Source of the DNA: a virus
Lineage: Duplodnaviria; Caudoviricetes
DNA: 64,000 nucleotides
Virus record (IMG/VR): IMGVR_UViG_3300042997_001039
Span: 17,436 to 81,435 of that record
Direction: 5' to 3' (one strand)
Both the position numbers and the translations under genes were made by a program. Below are positions 48,376-58,426 of this stretch, in pieces. The first letter of the stretch is position 1, and each line of letters starts with the position of its first letter. Under the pieces are notes generated by a model. The model was given only the letters and a program-made list of their open reading frames with translations, was not told the DNA's origin and made no database searches.

Positions 48376-50694
48376 ATGACAATTCAAGTACAAAAAAGAA
48401 GCGGTAATCGTGAGCCTTTGAATATCGACAAATGGCAATCGCAAATTACCAAAGTTTGCAATGGTATAGCAGATGTAAGTCAAAGCATGATCGAAATCAA
48501 AAGTCAACCACACTTTTACGACGGGATTACCACAAAAGAAATTGATGAAATTACCTTACGTGCCATTGTTGATTTGATAGACGTAGAATCAAATCCTGAC
48601 GTAGGCAACACCAATTATCAATACGTAGCAGGTAAGCAACGCTTATCGATGTTGCGTAAAGACGTATATGGCTCTTATGAGCCTCCGTGTCTGTATGAAA
48701 TTGTTTGCAAAAACGTGGCAGCAGGCGTATACACTAGTGAACTGCTGACTTGGTACACAGAGGATGATTGGAATCGCCTGGATGATATAATTGATCATGA
48801 AAAAGATGAACAGTACGGCTATGCTGCTATTGAACAGTTAATCGAAAAGTATCTAGTACGCAATCGCACCACTCGAGAAACATACGAAACTCCACAAGTA
48901 CGTTACATAGTTGCAGCGGCCACTGTGTTTCACAAAGAAGAGCCTAATTCGGCTCGTATAAAATATATCAAAGAATATTACAATGCCGCAAGCGACGGCC
49001 TCTTTACTCTTGCTACTCCTGTACTTGCTGGTCTTGGCACTCCAACTAAACAGTTTAGTAGTTGTGTGCTTATTCGCAGTGACGATAATCTCGATAGCAT
49101 CTTTGCATCCGGAGAAATGATGGCCAAGTATGCGGCCAAACGTGCCGGTATTGGCTTAGAGATTGGCCGCCTACGCCCGTTAGGCGCACCCATACGCGGC
49201 GGTGAGATCATGCACACCGGCATGATTCCATTCTTAAAGAAATGGTTTGGTGACTTGCGTAGTTGTAGCCAAGGTGGTATTCGCAATGCATCGGCTACTG
49301 TATTCTATCCCATATGGCATTACCAGTTTGATGACCTTATTGTGCTTAAAAACAATCAAGGTACAGAAGAGACCCGTGTACGCTTTATGGATTACGGTGT
49401 TGTACTTTCTGCACTCTTCTGGAGACGCTTTAAGAACAAAGAGAATATTACATTCTTTGATCCCAATGAAGTGCCTGATCTACATCAAGCTTTCTATAGC
49501 AATACAGCTAAGTTTGAAGAACTGTATGTCAAATACGAAAAGCGTAAAGACCTACGAAAGAAAACAATGAGTGCCGAAGAAGTATTCAAGTCGGGACTGT
49601 TGAAAGAACGCACAGACACAGGTCGTATCTATCTTGTGTTTATCGACAACGTACAGAGTCAAGGTCCATTTGACCCTGAATTCCATACAATTTTCCAAAG
49701 CAACTTGTGCTGTGAGATTCTATTGCCCACAGTGCCATTCCAACGCTTAGACGACGATGAAGGTCGCATTGCATTGTGTACACTGGGATCGTTAAACTGG
49801 GGTGCGTTTCGTAATCCTGAAGACATGCGACGTGCTGCACGTATTTTACATCGTAGCTTAAACAACATCTTGGACTATCAAGATTTCTTGAGTATTCAAA
49901 GTAAGTTAAGCAATGATGAGATTCGTCCCATTGGCATTGGTATTACTAATTTGGCATATTGGCACGCCAAACGTGGACTCAAGTATGGCGAGAAAGAAGC
50001 ACTGACTGAAGTCAAATCGTGGATGGAGCATCAAGCTTTCTATCTAACTGAAGCTAGTGTTGAACTGGCTCGAGAACGTGGACCATGCCTACACAGTGAT
50101 CGTACACGCTACGGACAAGGCACATTCCCTTGGGAACTACGTGCTGCGGGCGTTAACGAACTTGCTGACTTTACACCTGAACTTGATTGGGAAACTCTAC
50201 GTGCCCAAATGAAAGAGTACGGTGTACGCAATGCCACACAAATGGCTATTGCCCCTGTTGAATCCAGTTCAGTTGTGATCAACTCAACCAACGGCATTGA
50301 ACTGCCCATGAGCTTGATCACAGTCAAGGAATCAAAAGCCGGATCGTTAGTACAGGTAGTTCCAGAATATCAAAAGCTCAAAAACAAATATCAGTTGATG
50401 TGGGAACAGCGTGACTGCGATGGTTACTTGAAGACAGCGTCTGTGTTGGCAGCGTATGTAGATCAAAGTATCTCAACTAACACATTCTACAATCCTGCGC
50501 ACTTTGCAGATCGTAAAGTGCCCACAACATTGATTGCCAAGAACTTGATGCAGGCACATCACTGGGGTCTTAAGACTTTCTACTACAGCCTGATCAACAA
50601 ACAAGGATCTAAAGCTGTTGCAGAAGAGGCTCCTACTATGTTAGAAGCAATTGATTTTGATGATGCAGAAGATTGTGAGGCCTGTAAACTATAA
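48376..50694 (+). CDS. nrdA: Ribonucleotide reductase class Ia alpha subunit
   Basis: N-terminal ATP cone, FSSC, QSNLCCEI, IAPVESSS, KTFYY, C-terminal CEAC. Confidence 0.96.
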   Translation: MTIQVQKRSGNREPLNIDKWQSQITKVCNGIADVSQSMIEIKSQPHFYDGITTKEIDEITLRAIVDLIDVESNPDVGNTNYQYVAGKQRLSMLRKDVYGSYEPPCLYEIVCKNVAAGVYTSELLTWYTEDDWNRLDDIIDHEKDEQYGYAAIEQLIEKYLVRNRTTRETYETPQVRYIVAAATVFHKEEPNSARIKYIKEYYNAASDGLFTLATPVLAGLGTPTKQFSSCVLIRSDDNLDSIFASGEMMAKYAAKRAGIGLEIGRLRPLGAPIRGGEIMHTGMIPFLKKWFGDLRSCSQGGIRNASATVFYPIWHYQFDDLIVLKNNQGTEETRVRFMDYGVVLSALFWRRFKNKENITFFDPNEVPDLHQAFYSNTAKFEELYVKYEKRKDLRKKTMSAEEVFKSGLLKERTDTGRIYLVFIDNVQSQGPFDPEFHTIFQSNLCCEILLPTVPFQRLDDDEGRIALCTLGSLNWGAFRNPEDMRRAARILHRSLNNILDYQDFLSIQSKLSNDEIRPIGIGITNLAYWHAKRGLKYGEKEALTEVKSWMEHQAFYLTEASVELARERGPCLHSDRTRYGQGTFPWELRAAGVNELADFTPELDWETLRAQMKEYGVRNATQMAIAPVESSSVVINSTNGIELPMSLITVKESKAGSLVQVVPEYQKLKNKYQLMWEQRDCDGYLKTASVLAAYVDQSISTNTFYNPAHFADRKVPTTLIAKNLMQAHHWGLKTFYYSLINKQGSKAVAEEAPTMLEAIDFDDAEDCEACKL

Positions 50695-51311
50695 TGTTAG
50701 AAACTATTTGCGACATCATGATAGACGCTTACAAGCGTAATTGGATCACTAGCCGAGACGGCAATGTTAGTATTCGTCACCACGGCCGAGATCATTTCTA
50801 CGTTACACCCAGTGGTGTGCGTAAACAAACTCTGCAACCTGATCAGTTTAAGAAGATCGGATTTGGCAGTGATAGTGGTGCTGTTGAGTTACCTTACACC
50901 GACATCAGTGCTAATCTGAGACCAAGTGGTGAATTACCCATGCACTTTGGCCTGCAGACCAAAATTGATACCGAAGTGCGAGTAATCATGCACTTTCATC
51001 CCACGTATACCACCGCAGCTATGTATGCAGGTATTGATCTACCCAATCTACTCAATGAATTTCCAGAATTGAGTCGATATACCTCAGTGGGTCCAACGGT
51101 GGGTATTATACCGCCCATTACACAAGACCTAGCCGATGCATGTATCGAGAATATTGGATTCAATGCAGATACCGGTGAGATCAAGTACAATATTATTGGC
51201 ATGGACAGACACGGAGTAGTTGCTGTTGACACAAGTCCCTGGCGTGCTTATGAACATATTGAGAGACTAGAGCACATTTGCAAGATTGTATTGGCTAGTG
51301 GAAAATATTAA
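50694..51311 (+). CDS. Class II aldolase/adducin-family protein
   Basis: DGNVS, VTPSG, PSGELPMH, HFHP, RHGVV. Confidence 0.85.
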   Translation: MLETICDIMIDAYKRNWITSRDGNVSIRHHGRDHFYVTPSGVRKQTLQPDQFKKIGFGSDSGAVELPYTDISANLRPSGELPMHFGLQTKIDTEVRVIMHFHPTYTTAAMYAGIDLPNLLNEFPELSRYTSVGPTVGIIPPITQDLADACIENIGFNADTGEIKYNIIGMDRHGVVAVDTSPWRAYEHIERLEHICKIVLASGKY

Positions 51312-51492
51312 ATTTGCCTGGTGGCCCACTAGAGTGACCAGTGGGCGACTAATATGGTTAACGAGGTATTGGCACCATCGTAGTCTATACGATAAAAACA
51401 CAGGTCGTCCACCATTGAATAATTTGTATTTTCAATGGACAGAAACCGCCCAAGAGAGAACTTGGAGATTATTAAAAGAAACAGTAGTCTAA
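51286..51492 (+). CDS. Small hypothetical protein
   Basis: Fills the gap; start uncertain. Confidence 0.4.
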   Translation: MYWLVENIKFAWWPTRVTSGRLIWLTRYWHHRSLYDKNTGRPPLNNLYFQWTETAQERTWRLLKETVV

Positions 51493-51494
51493 AT

Positions 51495-52103
51495 ATGATT
51501 TATATAGATGACAAAGACGTTTGGCCAAAACTTAGTGTAGACGATCTGTGGGTCTATGACAAATTGATTCTGGCAAAAAAATTAGGACATCAAGCTGCAC
51601 CGGCAGGAGTTCCAGTGCCCACTGCCGGTTGGTATGTGGTACGTCCCATTACCAATTTACGCATGATGAGCCGCGGAGCAGAGAAAATTTGGCTCACTCC
51701 CGATGATGTAGATCTTGTGCCCGACGGATTTTTCTGGACAGAGTATTTTGAAGGACGTCACATCTCGGTGGATTTCCACCATGGTATCGGGGTATTGGCA
51801 GTAGAAGGATTTAGAAACAGCAACAGACTGGATAGATTCTGTAGATGGGAAAAAATACATAACACATATCAGTTTCCTGCGGTGCTGGGCAACATGTATC
51901 TAAGACAACCCTGGATCAACATAGAATATGTGGGGTCAAAAATCATCGAACTTCACATGCGTTGGAATGACGATTTCAGTAATCACACCAGCGATGTTAT
52001 ATATCCAGTCTGGCAGGATGATCCTATTCCGCAACCTGAAAATACCACTTGGTATCACAGTCCAGCAGGTGATAGACTGGGATTTTGGATATCACATAAA
52101 TAG
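51495..52103 (+). CDS. ATP-grasp-like protein
   Basis: YVVRPITNL.MM..GA and WTEYFEGRHISVD resemble ATP-grasp motifs. Confidence 0.45.
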   Translation: MIYIDDKDVWPKLSVDDLWVYDKLILAKKLGHQAAPAGVPVPTAGWYVVRPITNLRMMSRGAEKIWLTPDDVDLVPDGFFWTEYFEGRHISVDFHHGIGVLAVEGFRNSNRLDRFCRWEKIHNTYQFPAVLGNMYLRQPWINIEYVGSKIIELHMRWNDDFSNHTSDVIYPVWQDDPIPQPENTTWYHSPAGDRLGFWISHK

Positions 52104-52108
52104 TTTTT

Positions 52109-52612
52109 ATGAAGATCAAAGATATATTAACAGAATCCAGTAACCTGTTGTCCAAATGGCGCAACGACGAACCAGTGGCATTTGTCAAAAGCCTTACTAA
52201 GAAATTGGGACAGCCTGATGAACTCACAGCTAATCGTGCTGTATGGTACGATCAAGATGGTTTTAAACGCATAGAAGTTCTGGACGAATATATCCTGCAC
52301 TGCTGTCCAGCACCGCATTATGATTTTGTGTACAGTACCATAGATCTGCATGTGCCAACGAAGTTTGTGCGAGTACTGGCAGAGTCGTCTGAAAGCATCT
52401 TGATAGACCTGCTGAAAAACGAAGTATCTGCTCGCTGTGCCACACTCAGTGCCAATGCAGTGACCTTAAACTATGTGTTGGATGTGGTTTCGGGACGAGT
52501 GCAAGGATCAAAAGAAGAATACGAGCGTCGCATTAAACAACTGTACAAGAACAAGTTGAATCCAGATCCCGAATGGTGGCCGGATGTTACAAAAGAAGTT
52601 AGAAAAAAATAA
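52109..52612 (+). CDS. Hypothetical late protein
   Basis: TAAATA 6 nt upstream; begins MKIKDILTES. Confidence 0.6.
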   Translation: MKIKDILTESSNLLSKWRNDEPVAFVKSLTKKLGQPDELTANRAVWYDQDGFKRIEVLDEYILHCCPAPHYDFVYSTIDLHVPTKFVRVLAESSESILIDLLKNEVSARCATLSANAVTLNYVLDVVSGRVQGSKEEYERRIKQLYKNKLNPDPEWWPDVTKEVRKK

Positions 52613-52628
52613 TCAAAAGTAAAAGTGT

Positions 52629-52657
52629 TTGACAAACTAAACACACCATGTTAAAAT
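52629..52657 (+). promoter_or_regulatory. sigma70-type promoter for nrdB
   Basis: TTGACA, 17 bp, TGt-TAAAAT. Confidence 0.7.
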
Positions 52658-52730
52658 AGACTTTTAACATTAGAACTCCTAATCTTCTGGAAATCATGCA
52701 ACAATCACAATTATGTCAAAGAAATAAACT

Positions 52731-53834
52731 ATGAGCACAGCACAATACAATTTAAAAACAAAAACAGATTACTTGAATCGCAAGATGTTTCTGGATCCAG
52801 CAGGCCCAGTTACTATACAACGCTTTGAAGAAGTCAAGTACAACAAGATTGCCAACTTTGAAACTACAGCACGTGGTTTCTTTTGGGTACCTGAAGAGAT
52901 TAGCCTAACCAAGGATGCCGGCGACTTCAAAGATGCCAGCGATGCTGTCAAGCACATCTTCACCAGCAACCTGTTACGCCAAACTGCCTTAGACAGCTTG
53001 CAAGGACGTGGTCCTGCACAGGTGTTTACACCTTGTGTGAGTTTGCCCGAACTAGAAGCCCTGATGTATAACTGGAGCTTCTTTGAAACAAACATCCATA
53101 GTCGTAGCTACAGTCATATCATTCGCAACATCTACAACGTGCCCAAAGATGTATTCAACACTATTCACGACACCGAAGAGATTGTTGGTATGGCCGCTAG
53201 TGTTGGCCGGTATTATGACGAACTCCATGTAATCAACTGTCGTAAAGAACTTAATCCTGACAGTGTTACTGAGAAAGAACACATCAAAGCAATATGGTTA
53301 GCCTTGCACGCCAGCTATGCACTTGAAGCCTTCCGCTTTATGGTCAGCTTTGCTACCAGTTTAGCAATGGTTGAAAATCGTATCTTCATCGGCAATGGCA
53401 ACATCATCAGTTTGATACTGCAAGACGAGTTATTGCATAAAGGCTGGACTGCTTTCTTGATCAATCAGGTGGTCAAAGAAGATCCTCGCTTTGCAGAGGT
53501 CAAGGCCGATTGTGAAGAAGAAGTTTACGAAGTTTACCGAGATGTCATTCGTGAAGAAAAGGCCTGGGCCACTTACTTGTTTAAGAAAGGTCCTGTGATT
53601 GGTCTCAACGCCAACATCTTAATGGACTTTGTGGACTACACAGCAGTAGACGCACTCAAGCAGATTGGCATCAAGTATCAAGGCACAGCACCACGCACCA
53701 CACCGATTCCTTGGTTCAACAAGCACACTGACATACACAAGAAACAATCGGCATTACAGGAAACTGAATCAACGAACTATGTTATTGGTGTAATGAGCGA
53801 TGATCTTGACTATGATCAATTACCGTCACTATAA
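52731..53834 (+). CDS. nrdB: Ribonucleotide reductase class Ia beta subunit
   Basis: FWVPEE, LDSLQ, ETNIHSRSY, LEAFRF, QDELLH, QETE. Confidence 0.96.
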   Translation: MSTAQYNLKTKTDYLNRKMFLDPAGPVTIQRFEEVKYNKIANFETTARGFFWVPEEISLTKDAGDFKDASDAVKHIFTSNLLRQTALDSLQGRGPAQVFTPCVSLPELEALMYNWSFFETNIHSRSYSHIIRNIYNVPKDVFNTIHDTEEIVGMAASVGRYYDELHVINCRKELNPDSVTEKEHIKAIWLALHASYALEAFRFMVSFATSLAMVENRIFIGNGNIISLILQDELLHKGWTAFLINQVVKEDPRFAEVKADCEEEVYEVYRDVIREEKAWATYLFKKGPVIGLNANILMDFVDYTAVDALKQIGIKYQGTAPRTTPIPWFNKHTDIHKKQSALQETESTNYVIGVMSDDLDYDQLPSL

Positions 53835-53843
53835 GGAGAAAAA

Positions 53844-54089
53844 ATGACACTGACAGTATACACCAAAGACAATTGTCCGTTTTGCGATCGAGCCAAAACG
53901 CTTTTAGAAAGTCGCGGGATAGCGTATAATACTATTAACTTGGAACAGCAACCAGATGCTCGCGAGTTTTTAGTGAATCAAGGCCTGCGTAGTGTTCCCC
54001 AAATTTTCAATGACACAACACTATTGCAGGGCGGTTATCAAGGACTAGCAGCACAACCTGAAGAATTTTGGACCCAACTTAAAGGATAA
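53844..54089 (+). CDS. grx: Glutaredoxin
   Basis: CPFC, SVPQIF, GGY. Confidence 0.92.
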   Translation: MTLTVYTKDNCPFCDRAKTLLESRGIAYNTINLEQQPDAREFLVNQGLRSVPQIFNDTTLLQGGYQGLAAQPEEFWTQLKG

Positions 54090-54394
54090 TGATGAACGAA
54101 GGCGAAATTAACACAATCAAACTTACTTCTGGCGAAGAAGTTGTGGCAAAAATTATGAAGATTGACGACGGTATGTTAGTTGTTAAACAACCAGTCAGTA
54201 TTGGGCCTGGCCCAAACGGCGGTCCTCCGATGCTGATGCCCAGCATGTTTACCGCCGAAATGGGCCAGGATGTAATCCTATATGCTTCGGCAATTTCTAT
54301 GATTGCCCCCACAAGAGAAGATGTTAAAGTTTCTTATATTAAAGCAACAACCGGCATTGATGTGCCGGCCAAGAAACAAATTATTACAGGTTAA
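54089..54394 (+). CDS. Phage Sm-like/beta-barrel hypothetical protein
   Basis: IKLTSGEEVVA motif. Confidence 0.55.
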   Translation: MMNEGEINTIKLTSGEEVVAKIMKIDDGMLVVKQPVSIGPGPNGGPPMLMPSMFTAEMGQDVILYASAISMIAPTREDVKVSYIKATTGIDVPAKKQIITG

Positions 54395-55125
54395 GGATTC
54401 CGCTTAAACAGGAAAAACAATCTGTCTTGATCCTGTTTAAGTGTTTCGAGAGTCAAGTTGTACTTCTTGGCCAACTCATACGCAACATCAAAGGACCATG
54501 GAAATATATCAACCCATGGTCCATTTTTGTGACTGTGTCCAGGATTGCAACGCATCCACAAATGCCCGTTGGGAGCCAGCAGGTTAACAGTGGCAGCAAA
54601 TCGTATTTCGATATCCTCCCTGCTGTTAAAGTTAATTGATCCTAATGCAATAACATGATCATAACTGGCTGGCTCTACATGATAATCCAAAATATCCACT
54701 TGGAAATCAGCACAGTTGTTGTAAGGATCAATACCTATTAGATTAGGAATACGCCCTTTAAATGGGTTGTATCCGCAACCCACATCCAACACTCGTTTTG
54801 GATTAGCACGGCAGATTTCTTCTGCAATACGGTATCCTGTCCATTGATATTGTTCAGTTCTGGGTTTCCAAATCTCACCAAAGAACCACAACAAATAACG
54901 TACATCGGTACGCTCTACCAAATCCGCAACAGTGCCTTCTATTTCCACAGGTACATTAAATGTAGAACTTAGTTCTTGCTGAAACTTTAGTTTACGTGCC
55001 GGAGTCCAGGGTAAATCTCTTAAATCCGTATCAGCACCGAACGCTGTACGAATTTCTTTATATTTTGGTAAATGAAAGGTATCTTGCATTTTTTCTAAGA
55101 TATGATTAAAAATTTTGTTATTCAT
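54391..55125 (-). CDS. Class I SAM-dependent methyltransferase
   Basis: VLDVGCG, IGIDP, YDHVIALGS, LAPNG. Confidence 0.8.
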   Translation of the reverse strand: MNNKIFNHILEKMQDTFHLPKYKEIRTAFGADTDLRDLPWTPARKLKFQQELSSTFNVPVEIEGTVADLVERTDVRYLLWFFGEIWKPRTEQYQWTGYRIAEEICRANPKRVLDVGCGYNPFKGRIPNLIGIDPYNNCADFQVDILDYHVEPASYDHVIALGSINFNSREDIEIRFAATVNLLAPNGHLWMRCNPGHSHKNGPWVDIFPWSFDVAYELAKKYNLTLETLKQDQDRLFFLFKRNP

Positions 55126-55230
55126 AAGTTTTTTTGTCAAAAAGGTAAATAAAAGTACAAACTGCAAAAAAATTTGCCAATTTGTGTAATATCAACTATA
55201 TATATCATTAATCTCGCAAAGGAAATAATA

Positions 55231-56220
55231 ATGAAACGTTTTATCACCGCAATTGTGTTGGCTGCAATGGCCACTGCTGCCGTCCCTGCACAAGCATGGG
55301 AGCCAACAAAACCAGTCACTGTAATAGTAGGAAACACTCCGGGTGCTGGTAACGAAATTGCATTTAGAAAACTAGCAGAAATTGTACAACGTACAAATCC
55401 CAAGTTTATATTTGTTGTGCAGAACATTCCAGGTGCAGACAGTGTGGTTGCACAAAACAGATTCTTAGATGCAGCCCCAGATGGATACACTGTCAATTTA
55501 CCCAGTCACATGAGTACCTATGTCACCAATGACATATGGCAAAAAGACATTAAAAAATTCAACTATGATTCTTTTACAGATGTGCTGACTATGGGTAAAA
55601 GTCCCTTGGTATTGGTTGCTAGTCCAAAAAGCATGATCAATACTCCGGAAGACTTTATAACATTGATTGCTAAAACTAATAAACCAGTTAATATAGCAAC
55701 AGGTGGTGGAGCCCACAGAACTGCATTTGAATACCTGATGTTCCGCGGACAAGGTAACAAGGATCTTGTGAAACCCATTAGATTCAATGGTCCTATGCCA
55801 GCTGTTACTAGTGTGGCCACATTTGATCTCAAAGGTGGTACAGAATTTGGAATCATGCCTATTGCTGTAGCTAAACCCTTGATCGACGCTGGCAAAGTAA
55901 AGGCCATTGGATTTACTGGCACAAGAAAAATGGAACAATATCCCAAGGTACCTCTGTTGAACACTGTTGCCCCAGGCATCAATGTATACGCAGCTTGGTC
56001 ACTGCAATTGCCCCCAAAAACTCCTGCAGATATTGTCAAATGGTATCAACAAGAATTTTCTAAAGCAGTGTTATCTAAAGAATACACAGAATGGGCCAAC
56101 AATCAGGTTGTGTTTATTGAGGAAGCAGAACTTGTACCTGCAGGCCTACGTCAACACATGAATGATCTTAGGTCTACATTTTTGCCAGTACTCCAGACAA
56201 TTGATTTAAGTAAAGAATGA
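55231..56220 (+). CDS. tctC: Tripartite tricarboxylate transporter substrate-binding protein (TctC/Bug)
   Basis: Signal peptide; KPVTVIV...PG, VQNIPGA, APDGYT, LQLPPKTPADIV. Confidence 0.85.
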   Translation: MKRFITAIVLAAMATAAVPAQAWEPTKPVTVIVGNTPGAGNEIAFRKLAEIVQRTNPKFIFVVQNIPGADSVVAQNRFLDAAPDGYTVNLPSHMSTYVTNDIWQKDIKKFNYDSFTDVLTMGKSPLVLVASPKSMINTPEDFITLIAKTNKPVNIATGGGAHRTAFEYLMFRGQGNKDLVKPIRFNGPMPAVTSVATFDLKGGTEFGIMPIAVAKPLIDAGKVKAIGFTGTRKMEQYPKVPLLNTVAPGINVYAAWSLQLPPKTPADIVKWYQQEFSKAVLSKEYTEWANNQVVFIEEAELVPAGLRQHMNDLRSTFLPVLQTIDLSKE

Positions 56221-56831
56221 AATATATTTTTATGGCAGGTGCACCAGGATCCAAGTGGTCCAGTGTGAGCAAAAACATTTACTTTAGTCCTAGCATTGAT
56301 CGTAGTGATGCTAGTCCTAAACGTGAGTACTGGCACGATGCGTCGGGTACTAATCAACTAATGCATATGGGTGCATACTTTGATCCTGGCATGGAGTTTG
56401 GTGATTTTTTTGATCGATTATCAGATTATAGTAAAGAAGAATGCGAAGCAGAATTTGATCGTCCGTTCTCTGGAGAAGGTGTACGTATCATCAAGAGTCA
56501 TGTGTTTGCACATCATATTGACTTTTTGAAGCAGACTTGGCCTGACTGTCCTGTCATTCTTGTACATCGCAACAACGATGCTTGTCTAGGTTGGTGGGTC
56601 AAGTGCGGACATTTCGGCATTACCTATCCTACATACAATGAATACTATCGTGATTTAAAACACATGGCTGAAATTATTGCAAACCAAAACAGAGATATAT
56701 TAGCAGCGTGGCAGCAAAGCTATTTCCTGCAGAACAATCTGGTATTGGCGCAAACCTTGCGAATTAAACCTCCGCCAGCAGAATACTATCAAGACTATAA
56801 TGCCCAAGATATAGGAGTAACAGTATTATGA
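56217..56831 (+). CDS. Sulfotransferase-fold protein
   Basis: IFMAGAPGSKWS loop, IIKSH, WPDCPVILVHRN (cf. 'fPdakiIyivRnPrD'). Confidence 0.5.
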   Translation: MKYIFMAGAPGSKWSSVSKNIYFSPSIDRSDASPKREYWHDASGTNQLMHMGAYFDPGMEFGDFFDRLSDYSKEECEAEFDRPFSGEGVRIIKSHVFAHHIDFLKQTWPDCPVILVHRNNDACLGWWVKCGHFGITYPTYNEYYRDLKHMAEIIANQNRDILAAWQQSYFLQNNLVLAQTLRIKPPPAEYYQDYNAQDIGVTVL

Positions 56832-57517
56832 ACAGCAGTTGGGATAAAAGCAAGTTGATCAGTAACTATCACTTTGATAATAAAACATTTGATCCAACAG
56901 TAGACCGCGTGATTGAACTAGGCAACATTGTGCCTAATTGGACAGAAGATTTGCCTGATATCATTGAGCGTAGTCGTCCGGCTACCTGGGCAACTCGCGG
57001 CTACAAGGGCGAAGGTATAGAAGCTCCTCCTGCAGAATTAGCTACGGAAGAATACGATCTGGAACGTGCCGGTTATGACCGCAATACAGTTATTACGCAC
57101 CTTAACTGGGCCATGCCTGATAGTTTACAACGTGTCAGTGACTTTTTTGGATTAGCTGATTGCATGAATCGCATACATATACAAATGCCAGGTGAGTTGT
57201 GGAACTTACACATAGACAAACTGTACAAATGGTGTCCGGAGAATCCAGAACGTGTGATGCGTATTATGATTCAATTAACTGATTGGCAACCTGGTCAATT
57301 TTGGGAGTACGGCACATATCACCACAACCGTTGGTCTGCTGGCGAAGTCACTACATTTGATTGGGCTAATTTGCCTCATAGTACAGCAAATGCTGGTCAT
57401 CACCCCCGCGTGACATTACAGATAACTGGTGTCATTACAGATACTACAACTCTAGCATTGGAAAAATTAGCTAATGACTCAATTATTAATATTGACCGGT
57501 CCGCAAGGGTCAGGTAA
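56828..57517 (+). CDS. 2OG-Fe(II)/Asp-beta-hydroxylase-like oxygenase
   Basis: LHID (HxD), distal PHSTANAG..PRVTL. Confidence 0.65.
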   Translation: MNSSWDKSKLISNYHFDNKTFDPTVDRVIELGNIVPNWTEDLPDIIERSRPATWATRGYKGEGIEAPPAELATEEYDLERAGYDRNTVITHLNWAMPDSLQRVSDFFGLADCMNRIHIQMPGELWNLHIDKLYKWCPENPERVMRIMIQLTDWQPGQFWEYGTYHHNRWSAGEVTTFDWANLPHSTANAGHHPRVTLQITGVITDTTTLALEKLANDSIINIDRSARVR

Positions 57518-58082
57518 TCATTTATTCAGTAAGATATTTGCTCAGCATCCAGATGTAAATGCCTGGACAGCCCTCAACAATGCTGTCTGGGTAGGGCACG
57601 ATCAAGAGCCGTTTGCTGCCATGTGGAAAGATCCCGCACTGGCACAAACTTACAATTGGGCATCTCACAAGTATCATGTAACCAGCATAAGTTGTCCTTA
57701 TCGAGATCACGGTGTCGATGCTTGGCCCAAATACGAAAGTTTTATACAATCAGTACAAGCACAGGGCATTGATGTACAAGTTGCTGTTATAGGGCGAGAT
57801 CAGAATATATTAGCTTATCAAGAACAACGGCTGCGTAATCGAATCACCTACACTGATTTTTTACAGCAGTTGCCGCTCTTGCAAAAATACAATCCTGTTT
57901 TTCTTAGTCAAGAGTTGGCTTATCTGTATCGCGATGCTTACTTACAACAGGTGAGCCAACAGTTAGACATACCAATACAGTACAATGACAATATTTTTGA
58001 AGAAAATGCCAACAGCAAGTATCTTCAGCCGGTAGAATCAAATTGGCTTGACCCTTATATTAAACATGCCAGTAAACAATAA
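57474..58082 (+). CDS. P-loop/sulfotransferase-fold protein
   Basis: ILTGPQGSGNHL, VAVIGRD. Confidence 0.45.
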   Translation: MTQLLILTGPQGSGNHLFSKIFAQHPDVNAWTALNNAVWVGHDQEPFAAMWKDPALAQTYNWASHKYHVTSISCPYRDHGVDAWPKYESFIQSVQAQGIDVQVAVIGRDQNILAYQEQRLRNRITYTDFLQQLPLLQKYNPVFLSQELAYLYRDAYLQQVSQQLDIPIQYNDNIFEENANSKYLQPVESNWLDPYIKHASKQ

Positions 58083-58132
58083 CTATCCATATTTAACATA
58101 CAATAAATAGTTAATATTAACAAGGACTATGT

Positions 58133-58423
58133 ATGCCAGCAGTAGCAAGACAAGGTGATGCCGGAGCTGTACATTGCAGCGGATATACCATTGCGGCCGG
58201 ATCTCCGGATGTGTTTGTTGACGGACGTCCAGTAGCCCGCGACGGTGATTCCAGCACAGTACATCAAAAACCCTCAGGCAATAAATGTGTGCCGCACGTG
58301 AGCAAAATTATTGCTACCGGTGCCACTGTATTTGTAAACAATCGTCCCATTGCTGTAGTGGGCGACAGATTAAGTGAATGTACACAAATAATTCAAGGCA
58401 GTGAAACTGTCTCTATTGGATAA
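58133..58423 (+). CDS. PAAR-repeat spike tip protein (gp5.4-like)
   Basis: PAVARQGD, RPVARDGD, RPIAVVGD with Cys/His. Confidence 0.88.
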   Translation: MPAVARQGDAGAVHCSGYTIAAGSPDVFVDGRPVARDGDSSTVHQKPSGNKCVPHVSKIIATGATVFVNNRPIAVVGDRLSECTQIIQGSETVSIG

Positions 58424-58426
58424 CAA

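Noticed and set aside
48376-53834. Introns or inteins in nrdA/nrdB (also checked uvsX, helicase, ligase)
   Set aside because: ORFs are uninterrupted and of ordinary length, with no intein or homing-endonuclease insert
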